From contig JAERST010000013.1 in the NCBI GenBank assembly GCA_016845365.1, forward strand, positions 44,090 to 108,089: 64,000 nt of DNA. The letters run 5' to 3'. Shown piece after piece: positions 46,372 through 56,976 of this stretch; position 1 is the first letter of the stretch; every line of letters starts with the position of its first letter. The DNA comes from Methanobacteriota archaeon. Lineage in GTDB: Archaea > Thermoplasmatota > Poseidoniia > Poseidoniales > Thalassarchaeaceae. Below the pieces are notes generated by a model that did not search any database, was not told where the DNA came from, and worked only from the letters and a program-made list of their open reading frames with translations. The position numbers and the translations under genes are program-made.

Positions 46372-47422
46372 TCATCATTGGCTTCAACCACCCCTCAACC
46401 AATTGTGCACGCACTGCTTGGTCCTCGGTCGAAGTATGGTGCATACCCTCGACTAAGTGGATGGATGAATAGGAATCGTTGGCTTCGAGATGCTCGCTCA
46501 GTAACTCGTAATGGTCGAGACCGAGCGTCTCGTCTTCTCCTGCTTGAATCACTAGGAATGGTACCTTCGGAGTGCCCCAATAGGGCAGCTCCGAATTGGC
46601 GTAGCGCACGTTGAGATCTGGGTGGATGCGCTCGTACTCCCGGCGCAGGACATGTCTTACCCAAGGCTTGGCCATGACCATGCGCCCGGGTAATTTCTCG
46701 TCGATGATTTTCGGGAATGATGTGACGGGGGATTCGAGGATTATTCCTTGCAATTTATTCTCCCACCATCCGGATGGATGGCTGGCAAGTCGGATGGTGA
46801 TGAATCCCCCCATCGAATGCCCGTAGACCCAGACGCGCTCGGGCTCGAAACCGAGGTGCTGCGGCGCTTCTTCGAGCAAAGCCTCGGCGTCTGCGACCGC
46901 CTTCAATAAGGTCCAATCGAGACGGCCGTCCTGTCGCCCAAAACCACGCTGGTCTAGCCCGATGACCGTAGGGCCGAGCCCGTTGAGGTGTTGGCAGCGT
47001 GTCTCACCTCGTCCGAGCGAGGAACTGTAGCCGTGGAGGTAGAGAATGAGGTCTCGATTCGCGGGCGAGCCGGGCAAAATTTGAGCCTTCAACTCCTCAT
47101 CTCCCCAGCCGCAGAAGCCGATGGCTCGCCAACGCTCATCGGTGATATCGACGAAATCGCGTGTTGGGGTTGTGAAAACCGAGAGGTAGATTTTCCAGTA
47201 GACGAAGAGCCATGCTCCGAATGGAATTGAGGCTCCGATCAGGAGCACGATTGCACGATTCGCAATCATCTCTGGCCAGAGCACAATCGCCAGTAATTCG
47301 ATGCCGAACATGACCGACAAAATCGTTGGGATACTCGGTGTCCAGCGGACTGGAGTCTTGGCGTAAGCGGCCGCTCGACGAGTCTTCAATCGAAGCTTTT
47401 CTTGGCGGCCTTCATGCATCAC
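46364..47422 (-). CDS. membrane-anchored alpha/beta hydrolase (lipase/lysophospholipase-like)
   Basis: Two N-terminal TM helices, LHGY, DQRGFG, GHSMGG, GEDE, GMHH. Confidence 0.85.
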   Translation of the reverse strand: MMHEGRQEKLRLKTRRAAAYAKTPVRWTPSIPTILSVMFGIELLAIVLWPEMIANRAIVLLIGASIPFGAWLFVYWKIYLSVFTTPTRDFVDITDERWRAIGFCGWGDEELKAQILPGSPANRDLILYLHGYSSSLGRGETRCQHLNGLGPTVIGLDQRGFGRQDGRLDWTLLKAVADAEALLEEAPQHLGFEPERVWVYGHSMGGFITIRLASHPSGWWENKLQGIILESPVTSFPKIIDEKLPGRMVMAKPWVRHVLRREYERIHPDLNVRYANSELPYWGTPKVPFLVIQAGEDETLGLDHYELLSEHLEANDSYSSIHLVEGMHHTSTEDQAVRAQLVEGWLKPMMSE

Positions 47423-49221
47423 ATCATCGCCTCAGGATAATCCATCAAATCCTTGTGTCCTGCCTGAATATTGGCTCCCAGTGCAATGGTTTCAGGGTAA
47501 ATGCGCTTGAAGAAAACTCGCGCGGATGCGAGTTTTGCTTGGTGGAAATCAGAGTCTGGATGCTCGAGGCAGACGCGTGCCATCCGTGCCCACATGTATG
47601 CGAGCATGATATTGCCGAAGTAGCGACAATAATCGGTTGCTCCGGCGGCCAAAAAGTGAGGGTTGCCCATGCCTTGGCTGATCATTAGCAGGGTCAATTG
47701 CTGGAGTCCACGAACGCCCTTGTGGAGTGGTTTGTTGAACTCAGCCATCTCGGGAATATCTCGATTCTCCTCGATGAATTCGACAAGCGGCCACATCAGA
47801 TAGCGTAGGTTTCGACCGAGATCTTGAGTGATTTTACGGCCGGCCAAATCCAAGGCTTGGATGCCATTTGTTCCTTCCCAAATCTTCGAAATGCGCACGT
47901 CGCGATAGAATTGCTCAACGCCGTACTCAGAGCAATATCCAGCACCACCCATCACTTGCATGCAGGTGCTGGTGGTCTCGCAACCAAGGTCGGTAAAGTG
48001 AGCTTTGACGACCGGCGTGAGAAGGGCGATTAGGGCCTCGGCACGCTCGCGGGTTTCCTCGTCCTCCGAGCCCATCTCGTCGAGTAGCGTGCCGACCCAA
48101 ACACCGAGGGCTCGGCAGCCCTCGTTGTTGACTTTAGCAGTGAGTAACATACGGCGGACATCTGGGTGAACGAGGATATTGTCCGCCGATTCCGACGGGT
48201 CGCGGACCCCTTTGAGGTCGCGACCCTGTCGTCGCTCTCGCGCCCAGGCGAGAGCGTTCTGGTAGGCGATTTCACCTAAGCCAAGACCCATCATTCCGGT
48301 CGCCAATCGCTCGCGATTCATCATCTCAAACATCAGCGACATGCCGGTATTCAATTCACCTACCAGCCAGCCGACCGAGTCATCGAAATTCAGCACACAG
48401 GTCGGCGAAGCATGCAGTCCCATCTTCTCCTCGATGCCAGAACAAGTGACGCCATTCCTGGCATCGCTCAACGACCGTGACAGACCCGCAACACCGCCCG
48501 ATTGCCAATCCTTTGGCAAGTATTTCGGCACCAAGAAAAGTGAGATTCCCCGCGTTCCCTCGGGCGCATCGGGCGTCTTTGCCAGCACCATGTGAACGAT
48601 GTTTTCCGAGAGATCATGCTCACCTGCGGTGATGAAAATCTTCGTCCCAGTCACGCGATACGAACCATCGTCTTGGGGCACCGCCTTTGAACGAATTATC
48701 CCCAAGTCGGTGCCTGCGTGCGGCTCTGTCAAACACATAGTGCCGCACCAATGCCCGCTCGCCAAAAACTCGGCATAATGGTCAATTAATTCCTCAACAC
48801 CATGATGAGTTACCAACTCGTAGACACCGAGTCCAAGAGCGGGCACAACTGACAATGCCATATTCGTCGCAATAGCAATCTCATCGACTCCATTGCGAAC
48901 AAATTGCGGCAAGCCCATACCACCGTGTTCAGGCTTGCAAGTAGCTGCAAACCAACCAGCCTCGACGCCTTCCTTCCAGGCGTCGACGAATCCGCCAGGC
49001 ATCCGAACCTCACCGGATTCGAAGCTCAACCCCTCGCGGTCACCAACCTCGTTGAGGGGCATGAGCACCTCCGTGCAATAGTCTCCCCAACCCTCCATCA
49101 CCATGCGGATGAAGTCGCGGTCGATGTCTTCGTGGCCGAGGCGTTTTGCGAGGTCGAGAACGTCGAAAACTTCGTGGAAAAGGAATTCATATTCTTCGTA
49201 GGGTGCGTTGTAAACTACCAT
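47419..49221 (-). CDS. acyl-CoA dehydrogenase
   Basis: GGMGLP, GTMCLTEPHAGTDLG, GTKIFIT, GISLFLVPK, EKMGLHASPT, MGGAGY, IWEGTNGIQALDL. Confidence 0.95.
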   Translation of the reverse strand: MVVYNAPYEEYEFLFHEVFDVLDLAKRLGHEDIDRDFIRMVMEGWGDYCTEVLMPLNEVGDREGLSFESGEVRMPGGFVDAWKEGVEAGWFAATCKPEHGGMGLPQFVRNGVDEIAIATNMALSVVPALGLGVYELVTHHGVEELIDHYAEFLASGHWCGTMCLTEPHAGTDLGIIRSKAVPQDDGSYRVTGTKIFITAGEHDLSENIVHMVLAKTPDAPEGTRGISLFLVPKYLPKDWQSGGVAGLSRSLSDARNGVTCSGIEEKMGLHASPTCVLNFDDSVGWLVGELNTGMSLMFEMMNRERLATGMMGLGLGEIAYQNALAWARERRQGRDLKGVRDPSESADNILVHPDVRRMLLTAKVNNEGCRALGVWVGTLLDEMGSEDEETRERAEALIALLTPVVKAHFTDLGCETTSTCMQVMGGAGYCSEYGVEQFYRDVRISKIWEGTNGIQALDLAGRKITQDLGRNLRYLMWPLVEFIEENRDIPEMAEFNKPLHKGVRGLQQLTLLMISQGMGNPHFLAAGATDYCRYFGNIMLAYMWARMARVCLEHPDSDFHQAKLASARVFFKRIYPETIALGANIQAGHKDLMDYPEAMM

Positions 49222-49230
49222 TTTCTCACC

Positions 49231-51651
49231 TCAATTCCTCAATGGCTTCCCCTTCGTCACCATGTGCTCCATCCTTGCCAAAGTGGCTTCGTCGCGCGAA
49301 AGTTTCGAAATTGCAGCGAGTTCCATCGCCAGGATTTCGTCCTCGCTGAGCTCATCGAGAATATCGGTGTCTCCGCCCGAGAGAATGTGGGCGAGTTCAG
49401 CGGTTACTACGACGTCGTGCGGAGTGGCTTGGCCGGACCGTGCGAGGTCGGCAACCGCCATGTCGAGTGCGGCCTTCGCGGTGGGGCCGGGAAGGTTGTA
49501 CGTGTGCGGTTCAGGGGGAGTGTAATCTTGGGCTAACTCGAGGAGTTTTGCTTTGGCGTCAGCGATGAGCCGGTCGCGGTTCATCGTGACCTTGTCTGTA
49601 GGGCTGAGGAAGCCCATTCTTCGTGCTTGTTCGGCTGATTTTGCGACTTGGGCTGTGCCGATCATCTCGAAGGCTTTCATGACTGGTCCCATTGGGCCGC
49701 CTGCTGCGATTCCGAATTTGCGCAGGCGGGCGAGCATCTCCTTGCAACCACCCCATCCAGGGACAATTCCGACTCCTACTTCGACGAGTCCGATGTATGA
49801 TTCAGCGTGGGCTTGAACAGCGTCGCAGTGCAGCAGAATTTCGGCTCCGCCGCCGACGCAGATTCCAGTTGAAGCTGCTACTACTGGGACTTCTGCGTAC
49901 TTGAGAGCCTGGTAGGCTTCTTGGCCCAGCGAGATGAATTCCTCGACCTCGGTCCATGCTGCGAGGTTTGCTGCGAAGAGTGCGAGGCCGAGGTTGGCTC
50001 CGGCGCAGAAATTCTTGGAATCGTTGGCGATGAGGATTCCTTGCCAATCGCCGAATTCCGCCATGTCGACTGCGGCGAGGATTATCTCCATCGAAAGTGG
50101 GTCCATGGCGTTCATTTTCGAGTGGTATTCGATGAGGAGGACTCCGTCTCCAGCGTCCCAGATGCTTGCTGATGCATTGCGCTGGAGAGGTTTGCCGCGG
50201 CGCTTGAGGTCGGCGACTGTCAGGGTGTCCGGTCCGCGGGCGACTTGGGCTCTTGTGCCGCCTGGTGTGAGCCGCTGGATTTCGGATTCTTCGATTGTGT
50301 AGAAGCCGCCTTTATCGGCTGCGAGAGTGATGAATTCCGGGACTGCTTTACCGGCGGCTTCGAGGCGTGCGACGATGCTTGTCGCACCTACTTCGTCCAT
50401 CATCTCGAATGGGCCGCGCTTCCAATTGTAGCCGACTCGCATCGCTCCGTCGATATCGCTGATGTCTTCTGTGACCTCTGGTACGAGGCTTGCTGCGTAG
50501 CAGAAAGTGTCGAGCAGTACCTCATTTACGAAGGCGGCGCCCTCATCGTGGTGGTCGAGTAAACGGGCTAGGCCTTGCTTGGCCATCTTGGCTGAGGGAT
50601 AAGTTGCTTTGCGGTTGGCAGTCGCGTATTCTCCAGTTGTGAGGTTGCGAGCTTCCTTGATTCGCTTGCCGCCCTCGGTGTTGAGTCGGAAGAAACCACC
50701 CTTGCCCTTGCGGCCGGTGTATCCGTCTGCGATCATTGTGCGGATTATCTCGTCTCCCGCACCGGCGATTTCGTGGAAGGCATCGTCTGGTTGGAGGTGA
50801 GCGAGCATGCTCTCCATGACGTGAGGGATGAGGTCGATGCCGACCAAATCCATCAGCGCGAATACTCCGGTTTTGGGCAGGCCGATTGGTCGGCCTAGCA
50901 TGGCATCTGCCTGTTCTACTGTGAATCCATTATCCAGCGTCGCCTTGAAGGCGCGCTGGACAAAATACACGCCCAAGCGGTTGCCGATGAATCCGGGCGT
51001 GTCGTTGCAGAAAGTGACGCGCTTGCCTAAGCGAACATCGCCAAATTCGGCAAAGCGCGTAACGACCGTTTCGTCAACTTCTGGCCCCGCCACGACTTCA
51101 AGCAATGGAAGATATCGTGGCGGATTGAAGAAATGAGTGATCAAAAAACGGCTAGCCACATCGTGCGGCATCCCGTGGGTTAGGGCTGAGCGCGGCAGGG
51201 TCGAGGTATTCGATGAGAGAATCGTATTAGTGCCGAGATGTTCGATGAGTTTCGCGTAAAGTGAGCGCTTGATTTCGAGGTTCTCGATGATGACTTCGAC
51301 GACCCAATCAAAGTCTTTGAGAAGTTCGAGATGGTCTTCGATATTACCCGCAGTGATACGTTTTGCGTAGGATTTGTGCATCAGCATTTCCGGGTCCGAT
51401 TTGAGCATCTTCGCAATCGCTCCCTTGGCCAAAGCATCCCTGTCCTCTGCACCTTCGGGAACTATGTCGAGAAGCATCACTTCGCAGCCGGCATTGGCGC
51501 AATGAGCGGCGATTCCAGCGCCCATCACTCCGCTGCCGATGACGGCCACGCGCTCAATTCCGAGAGGTTTTGCGCTTGCCGAACCGAGTTCGGAGGCCTC
51601 TGCAGCCTCGCCGGCTTCAGCCGCCGATTTACCATCCAATCTCGCACCCAT
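49231..51651 (-). CDS. fadN: 3-hydroxyacyl-CoA dehydrogenase/enoyl-CoA hydratase fusion (FadN type)
   Basis: GSGVMGAGIA, SNTSTL, HFFNPPRY, PGFIGNR, then crotonase FCAGANL, GGGAE, GLVEVGVG, KPLRN. Confidence 0.93.
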   Translation of the reverse strand: MGARLDGKSAAEAGEAAEASELGSASAKPLGIERVAVIGSGVMGAGIAAHCANAGCEVMLLDIVPEGAEDRDALAKGAIAKMLKSDPEMLMHKSYAKRITAGNIEDHLELLKDFDWVVEVIIENLEIKRSLYAKLIEHLGTNTILSSNTSTLPRSALTHGMPHDVASRFLITHFFNPPRYLPLLEVVAGPEVDETVVTRFAEFGDVRLGKRVTFCNDTPGFIGNRLGVYFVQRAFKATLDNGFTVEQADAMLGRPIGLPKTGVFALMDLVGIDLIPHVMESMLAHLQPDDAFHEIAGAGDEIIRTMIADGYTGRKGKGGFFRLNTEGGKRIKEARNLTTGEYATANRKATYPSAKMAKQGLARLLDHHDEGAAFVNEVLLDTFCYAASLVPEVTEDISDIDGAMRVGYNWKRGPFEMMDEVGATSIVARLEAAGKAVPEFITLAADKGGFYTIEESEIQRLTPGGTRAQVARGPDTLTVADLKRRGKPLQRNASASIWDAGDGVLLIEYHSKMNAMDPLSMEIILAAVDMAEFGDWQGILIANDSKNFCAGANLGLALFAANLAAWTEVEEFISLGQEAYQALKYAEVPVVAASTGICVGGGAEILLHCDAVQAHAESYIGLVEVGVGIVPGWGGCKEMLARLRKFGIAAGGPMGPVMKAFEMIGTAQVAKSAEQARRMGFLSPTDKVTMNRDRLIADAKAKLLELAQDYTPPEPHTYNLPGPTAKAALDMAVADLARSGQATPHDVVVTAELAHILSGGDTDILDELSEDEILAMELAAISKLSRDEATLARMEHMVTKGKPLRN

Positions 51652-51660
51652 TCGCTCACC

Positions 51661-52794
51661 TCATTCGTACTTCTCAAGGACGGTGGCGATACCCTGACCG
51701 CCGCCAACACACATGGTTGCCAGAGCGCGCTTTGCCCCATTCCGTTGCAAGAGACTTGCAGCCTTCCCTGTGATTCGCGCACCGCTAGCACCCAGTGGGT
51801 GCCCCAGAGCAATGGCTCCCCCATCGATATTGACTTTCGAAGCGTCCAATCCAAGCTCTTCGATAACCGCAAGTGATTGTGCGGCAAAGGCCTCGTTGAG
51901 TTCGACGATGTCGATATCATCGAGGGTCAATCCGGCACGCTCGAGCGCCTTGTTAGTCGCCTCGACCGGGCCGATGCCCATGATTTCAGGCGCGCATCCA
52001 CTGACAGCAGTAGAAAGGATGCGCGCAAGCGGCTTGAGAGCGTGCTCTTTCGCGAATTCCTCGGTGCAAACCAGCACGAAAGCCGCCCCGTCGGTAAGCG
52101 GTGATGATGTCCCAGCAGTGACCGACCCCTCAGCATCGAAGGCAGGCCTCAGCCCCGCCAGAGTATCAGCATCGGTTCCAGGCCGGATACAACCATCAGC
52201 ATCAACCAAGCCATCCTCTGTCTCGATACCGACTATCTCGTCAGCGAGGTTCCCAGCCTCGCGCGCACCCGCGGCGCGCGCGTGACTCTCTACCGCGAAC
52301 GCTTCCTGCGTCTCGCGGTCAATCCCGTATTTCACAGCCAAATTCTCAGCAGTAATTCCCATCGAGGTGAAGGCATCAGGTGCCACCTCGGACATACGCG
52401 GATTCGGCATCGGATTGAAGCCCGTCATCGGAATCCGCGTCATCGATTCAATCCCACCAGCGATGAACGCCTCACCAGCGCCCATCGCTATGCGTCCAGC
52501 AGCATCGTGAATCGCTTGCATGCTGGAGCCACAAAACCGATTGATAGTAACTCCCGGAACCGACTCGGGAAGTTCGGTCAGGAAGGTAATCATCCGAGCG
52601 AGGTTGAATCCTTGCTCCCCCTCAGGGAAGGCGGTTCCGACAATAATGTCCTCAACCAGAGCAGGATCAAGACCTAATTTGTTGAGCAGTCCGTCGACGA
52701 CCGTTGCGGCGATATCGTCAGGGCGAGTGCGAGCGAGTGCCCCCTTTCGAGCGGGCGTGAAAGGCGAGCGTGCGTATCCGGCGATTACGGTCAT
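51661..52794 (-). CDS. fadA: acetyl-CoA C-acyltransferase (thiolase)
   Basis: NRFCGSS, NEAFA, GHPLGASG, CVGGGQG. Start set at ATG 52794. Confidence 0.95.
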   Translation of the reverse strand: MTVIAGYARSPFTPARKGALARTRPDDIAATVVDGLLNKLGLDPALVEDIIVGTAFPEGEQGFNLARMITFLTELPESVPGVTINRFCGSSMQAIHDAAGRIAMGAGEAFIAGGIESMTRIPMTGFNPMPNPRMSEVAPDAFTSMGITAENLAVKYGIDRETQEAFAVESHARAAGAREAGNLADEIVGIETEDGLVDADGCIRPGTDADTLAGLRPAFDAEGSVTAGTSSPLTDGAAFVLVCTEEFAKEHALKPLARILSTAVSGCAPEIMGIGPVEATNKALERAGLTLDDIDIVELNEAFAAQSLAVIEELGLDASKVNIDGGAIALGHPLGASGARITGKAASLLQRNGAKRALATMCVGGGQGIATVLEKYE

Positions 52795-52805
52795 GTAGTA
52801 AATCA

Positions 52806-52912
52806 ACACTCGGTGCAATAATTAAACCGTGAAGTGATAATAATCACAACGGCTACAATGATTTACAGTCGGTGCAATTCACTACACCGCCTCTATACGC
52901 CGAATTGCACCG
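52806..52912 (-). promoter_or_regulatory. candidate promoter/operator of the beta-oxidation operon
   Basis: TATA-like TTTAATTA (minus strand, 52819-52826) ~25 nt before the ATG; three CGGTGCAAT boxes (52811, 52870, inverted 52902-52912). Confidence 0.5.
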
Positions 52913-52984
52913 GAAGCGAAGGAGTTCTTGCTGAAATGCGGAAAAATATCAGAATTTGCCGACGAATTCTTGAAATTCTCAAAT

Positions 52985-53719
52985 TCAGTAATTTCCGCCC
53001 GGGAAATCATACAAATCCTTGTGAGTCAAGAAAGGCATCTCAGGTTTCCCTAGTGGGCGGCCATCTGGAGTGAGGTCAAACATGAAATTGTACTGCACAT
53101 ATTCGAGCAAATGGCTTCCATAAATCGAGTAGGTATGATACACATTACCATCTGAATCCTTCTTGAAAATCGATATCCCCGGCAGGTTGGGTGGTCCTTC
53201 GTCACCACCTGGCCATGGGTTGACGTAATCGTACATACCCTCCGCTCCAGCGTAACCTCCGTCTTTTGTAACTCCGAAATCTTCTGGGAAGGTGTTCTCG
53301 GAGGCTGAGTAGATATCCCAAATCCAATTATTGTGTGAAATCGCTCTCATCAATGATTCATATTCTCCCTTTGCTATGATTGCGAAGGTCATCAAACCAG
53401 AAGCTTGGACGTGTAATTTCATCGATTGAAATTGGTCGAGAAGTGATGTGCACCTTGGACACGCTCGATCCTGCCTACTCGCGTACATCAAATGGTAAAC
53501 GAAGAGCGTGTCCGCCTTCCCGAAGATCTCTGAGAGCGACTTCTTACCCAATTCCCCACCGTCGAAGACATAGTCTTCGGTGACTTTTCTCCAAGGAAGT
53601 GAACGTCTTTTTTCGGCTAAAGCCAGCGTTGCTGCTTTGTGCGCTTTTTCATCTTCCATGAAGGCGATTCGCGCCTGTACCCATTCTTCATCGGAAACAA
53701 CATTCGGATGTGCACTCAT
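52985..53719 (-). CDS. DUF899 family (thioredoxin-like) protein
   Basis: VVS.EEW..AR...EK, RRSLPW, Y.FDG, YHLMY, CPRCT, GISIF, VYHTYS, DLTP.GR. Confidence 0.85.
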   Translation of the reverse strand: MSAHPNVVSDEEWVQARIAFMEDEKAHKAATLALAEKRRSLPWRKVTEDYVFDGGELGKKSLSEIFGKADTLFVYHLMYASRQDRACPRCTSLLDQFQSMKLHVQASGLMTFAIIAKGEYESLMRAISHNNWIWDIYSASENTFPEDFGVTKDGGYAGAEGMYDYVNPWPGGDEGPPNLPGISIFKKDSDGNVYHTYSIYGSHLLEYVQYNFMFDLTPDGRPLGKPEMPFLTHKDLYDFPGGNY

Positions 53720-53799
53720 TATTCGTCTGCCAAATTGGCAGTGACTTATAGATTGTTTAATCCGAAGTCGAATCTTAGAAGGTGCGAGTCGCCCGCCGC

Positions 53800-55206
53800 C
53801 TAATTTTGGCCCCGGCGGTTGTGTTTTTGCCGGCGGCGATTATCTCCTTTAGATCTACGCCGCTTCTTTCCGCCGCTCTGCTGATTCTGATTCTTCTTCG
53901 AGCGGCCTGACTTCTCCTTTCCAAGAGGCTCGCCGCTCTTGCGATTATTGTACGAGCGCGGCGGCGAGTTGCTCCTTTTCCCGCGTGCGCCTCTGCCTCC
54001 TTTGCCATCTCTTCGGCCTTGTCGGAGCTTTTTCGGCGCCTTCTCTCCCTTTCGTGACTTGGCTCTCTCCGAGTGGAATGGGTGGTCTTCGTCGACTGGG
54101 ATTTCTTGGCGGATTGTCTTCTCGATTCCTCGTAAGTACTCGCCTTCATACTCATCGCAGAATGCAATCGCAATGCCACCTTGCCCCGCTCTGCCTGTTC
54201 GGCCAATGCGGTGTACGTAGACCTCTGGCTCGTTGGGCAGGTCGTAATTGATGACGTGGCTGATGTCGGAGACGTCGATTCCGCGGCTTGCTACATCTGT
54301 GGCGACGAGGATTTGTAGGGAGCCGTCGCGGAATCGGCCAAGGGCGCGCTCACGCGCACCTTGACTCTTATTTCCGTGAATGGCGAGAGCATCGAAGCCA
54401 TCCCGTTCGAGGATTTTGACTATCCTGTTGCAGCCGTGTTTGGTGCGCCCGAAGACAAGCATTTTTTCAGGATTTTCTTCTAGTAAAATATGCCTGAGAA
54501 GCGAACGCTTGTCGGCTTTCATAACAAACATCAATGATTGATTAATCGCTTCGACGGTAGTCGATTCTGGGGTGATTGAGACATTGACAGGATCTCTCAA
54601 CATATCCTTCGATAACTCGACGATTGGCCTCGGCATCGTAGCGCTGAACAGAAGGCTCTGCCTTCTTTCTGGAATGTGTGCGAGAATCTTTCTGATGTCG
54701 CGAATAAAACCCATGTCGAGCATTCTGTCGGCCTCATCGAAGACGAGGAACTCAACTGAGGAGAGGTCGACATGGCGTTGTGAAATCATGTCTAGAAGTC
54801 GTCCGGGGGTTGCGACGAGAATGTCTACTCCAGTTCGGAGTTTCTTCTCCTGCGGTTTTTGCGAAACTCCGCCAAACATTGCCATGCTTCGAATGTCTAA
54901 ATTTGCAGCATACAATTCGATATTTTCGTGGATTTGAGCGGTTAGTTCGCGCGTTGGACAAAGCATCAATGCGCGAATTTTTCGCTTGCCGGCCGTTGGA
55001 TCTTTTGCCATTGCATGCAGAATTGGTAGCGTGAATGCGGCTGTTTTACCAGTGCCTGTTTGAGCACAGCCGAGCATATCTCGGCCCTTCAGGAGATGGG
55101 GAATTGCTTCTTCCTGAATGGGCGTAGGCGTTTCATAGCCAATTTTTCGGAGGGCTTCCAGCAAGGGCTGGCACAAATTGAGCCCTGCAAAATTCAACCT
55201 AACCAC
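53800..55206 (-). CDS. rhlE: DEAD-box RNA helicase (RhlE type)
   Basis: PTPIQ, AQTGTGKT, PTREL, TPGRL, DEAD, SAT, HRIGRTGRAG; basic C-terminal tail. Confidence 0.95.
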   Translation of the reverse strand: MVRLNFAGLNLCQPLLEALRKIGYETPTPIQEEAIPHLLKGRDMLGCAQTGTGKTAAFTLPILHAMAKDPTAGKRKIRALMLCPTRELTAQIHENIELYAANLDIRSMAMFGGVSQKPQEKKLRTGVDILVATPGRLLDMISQRHVDLSSVEFLVFDEADRMLDMGFIRDIRKILAHIPERRQSLLFSATMPRPIVELSKDMLRDPVNVSITPESTTVEAINQSLMFVMKADKRSLLRHILLEENPEKMLVFGRTKHGCNRIVKILERDGFDALAIHGNKSQGARERALGRFRDGSLQILVATDVASRGIDVSDISHVINYDLPNEPEVYVHRIGRTGRAGQGGIAIAFCDEYEGEYLRGIEKTIRQEIPVDEDHPFHSERAKSRKGEKAPKKLRQGRRDGKGGRGARGKRSNSPPRSYNNRKSGEPLGKEKSGRSKKNQNQQSGGKKRRRSKGDNRRRQKHNRRGQN

Positions 55207-56436
55207 TCACATGTGGGAGACGAGCGCCTGTCCAAAGGCAGAGCATGAAAGCAGGGTCGCATCATCCATCAGGCGCTCGAAATCATAGGTCACGGTCCCG
55301 GCTGAAATTGCCCCTTCCATTCCCTTGACGATGAGGTCAGCAGCCTCGCCCCAGCCCATGTGACGCAGCATCATTTCTGCGGACAAAATCAGGCTTCCGG
55401 GGTTGACCTTGTCTTGGCCTGCGTACTTTGGTGCAGTGCCGTGCGTGGCCTCGAAAATTGAGATTCCTGTGTCGTAATTGATGTTGGCTCCAGGCGCGAT
55501 TCCGATGCCTCCGACCTGAGCGGCGAGAGCGTCTGAGATGTAGTCGCCATTGAGATTCATCGTCGCCAAAACTCCGTACTCTCGCGGGCGCGTGAGGACT
55601 TGTTGCAACATTGCGTCGGCGATGACATCCTTGATGGTGATCGTATTGCCAGTCTTCGGGTTGGTCAGAGTGCACCATGGGCCTCCGTCGAGCTCCGTTG
55701 CTCCGAATTCGTCCTTTGCCAATTGGTAGCCCCAATCGCGGAATCCGCCTTCTGTGAACTTCATGATGTTGCCCTTGTGGACTAGGGTTACCGAATCCTT
55801 GTCATTGTCAATTGCGTACTGGATAGCCGCTCTAACGATGCGCCCGGTTCCTTCTATGCTGATTGGCTTGATTCCAATTCCCGATGTGTTCGGGAAGCGG
55901 ATTTTTGTGACTCCCATTTCGTTTTGTAGGAATTCGATTACCTTAGCGACTTCCTCGCTTCCCGCCTCCCACTCGATGCCCGCGTAGACGTCTTCGCTAT
56001 TCTCGCGGAAGATGATCATGTCAACGTCGCCTGGGTTGCGAACAGGGCTTGGTGTTCCTGCGTACCAGCGTACTGGGCGGACGCAAGCAAAGAGGTCGAG
56101 TTGTTGGCGCAGTGCCACGTTTAGGCTGCGAATTCCGCCGCCGACTGGCGTGGTGAGCGGGCCCTTGATTGAGACTAATCCTGTGCGCATTGCGTCGAGG
56201 GTTGCTTCTGGTAGCCACTCGCCGGTGGCGTTGAATGCCTTCTCACCGGCGAGGACTTCTGACCAGTGGATTTGGCGAGTTCCATCGTAGGCTTTTGCGA
56301 CTGCTGAATCGACGACTGAAATCATCACCGGAGTGATGTCGACGCCGATTCCGTCACCCTCGATATAGTGGACGATGGGCTCGTCTGGGACGTTCAATCC
56401 GTTCTCTCCCATTGTGATCGCAGCGCCACCGGTCAT
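55207..56436 (-). CDS. icd: NADP-dependent isocitrate dehydrogenase (E. coli-type)
   Basis: [62 protein letters not shown]. Start set at ATG 56436. Confidence 0.96.
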   Translation of the reverse strand: MTGGAAITMGENGLNVPDEPIVHYIEGDGIGVDITPVMISVVDSAVAKAYDGTRQIHWSEVLAGEKAFNATGEWLPEATLDAMRTGLVSIKGPLTTPVGGGIRSLNVALRQQLDLFACVRPVRWYAGTPSPVRNPGDVDMIIFRENSEDVYAGIEWEAGSEEVAKVIEFLQNEMGVTKIRFPNTSGIGIKPISIEGTGRIVRAAIQYAIDNDKDSVTLVHKGNIMKFTEGGFRDWGYQLAKDEFGATELDGGPWCTLTNPKTGNTITIKDVIADAMLQQVLTRPREYGVLATMNLNGDYISDALAAQVGGIGIAPGANINYDTGISIFEATHGTAPKYAGQDKVNPGSLILSAEMMLRHMGWGEAADLIVKGMEGAISAGTVTYDFERLMDDATLLSCSAFGQALVSHM

Positions 56437-56583
56437 ATCTCTCAGGCGCGCGACCTGCCATCCATTGATGAAGCCAACCCATTGACTTGAGCTACTGGCA
56501 AGGGTGGGATTCTCGGTTTTTGGGGGGTTGAGGTGAATTCTGTAAGGCCGAAGCCTCAAGACTGACTGGCTTGAGGGCGCTCC

Positions 56584-56976
56584 ATGAAGAGCACAGTGCG
56601 CTGGACTGGCGGTCGCACGATGGAGGGCGAGACCGAGGCGGGCAAGCTCGCGCCTATCTACTCGGATACTGCTCCGAGTCCGATGGAATTGGTTTTGCAA
56701 GCCCACGCTGGATGCTCACTCGTCGATTTGCGCGTGGGCTTGAAGCACAGAATGGATAATGTCCGCGCGATGTGGATTGAGGTCGAAGGCGACCGCGCGG
56801 AGGAGTCGCCCCGCGTCTTCACCGCGGTGCGCATGCACTACGTCATCCAAGGCGATGTGCCAGAGAAGCTCGTGCGACGAATTATCGCCCATTCGCACGA
56901 GCAAGATTGCTCAGTCGGAATTATGATTTCGCGGTCCGGCGCAAGTGTAGATTGGACACTGGATATCCAAGCCTGA
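56584..56976 (+). CDS. OsmC-family protein
   Basis: [19 protein letters not shown]-terminal CSV. Confidence 0.87.
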   Translation: MKSTVRWTGGRTMEGETEAGKLAPIYSDTAPSPMELVLQAHAGCSLVDLRVGLKHRMDNVRAMWIEVEGDRAEESPRVFTAVRMHYVIQGDVPEKLVRRIIAHSHEQDCSVGIMISRSGASVDWTLDIQA

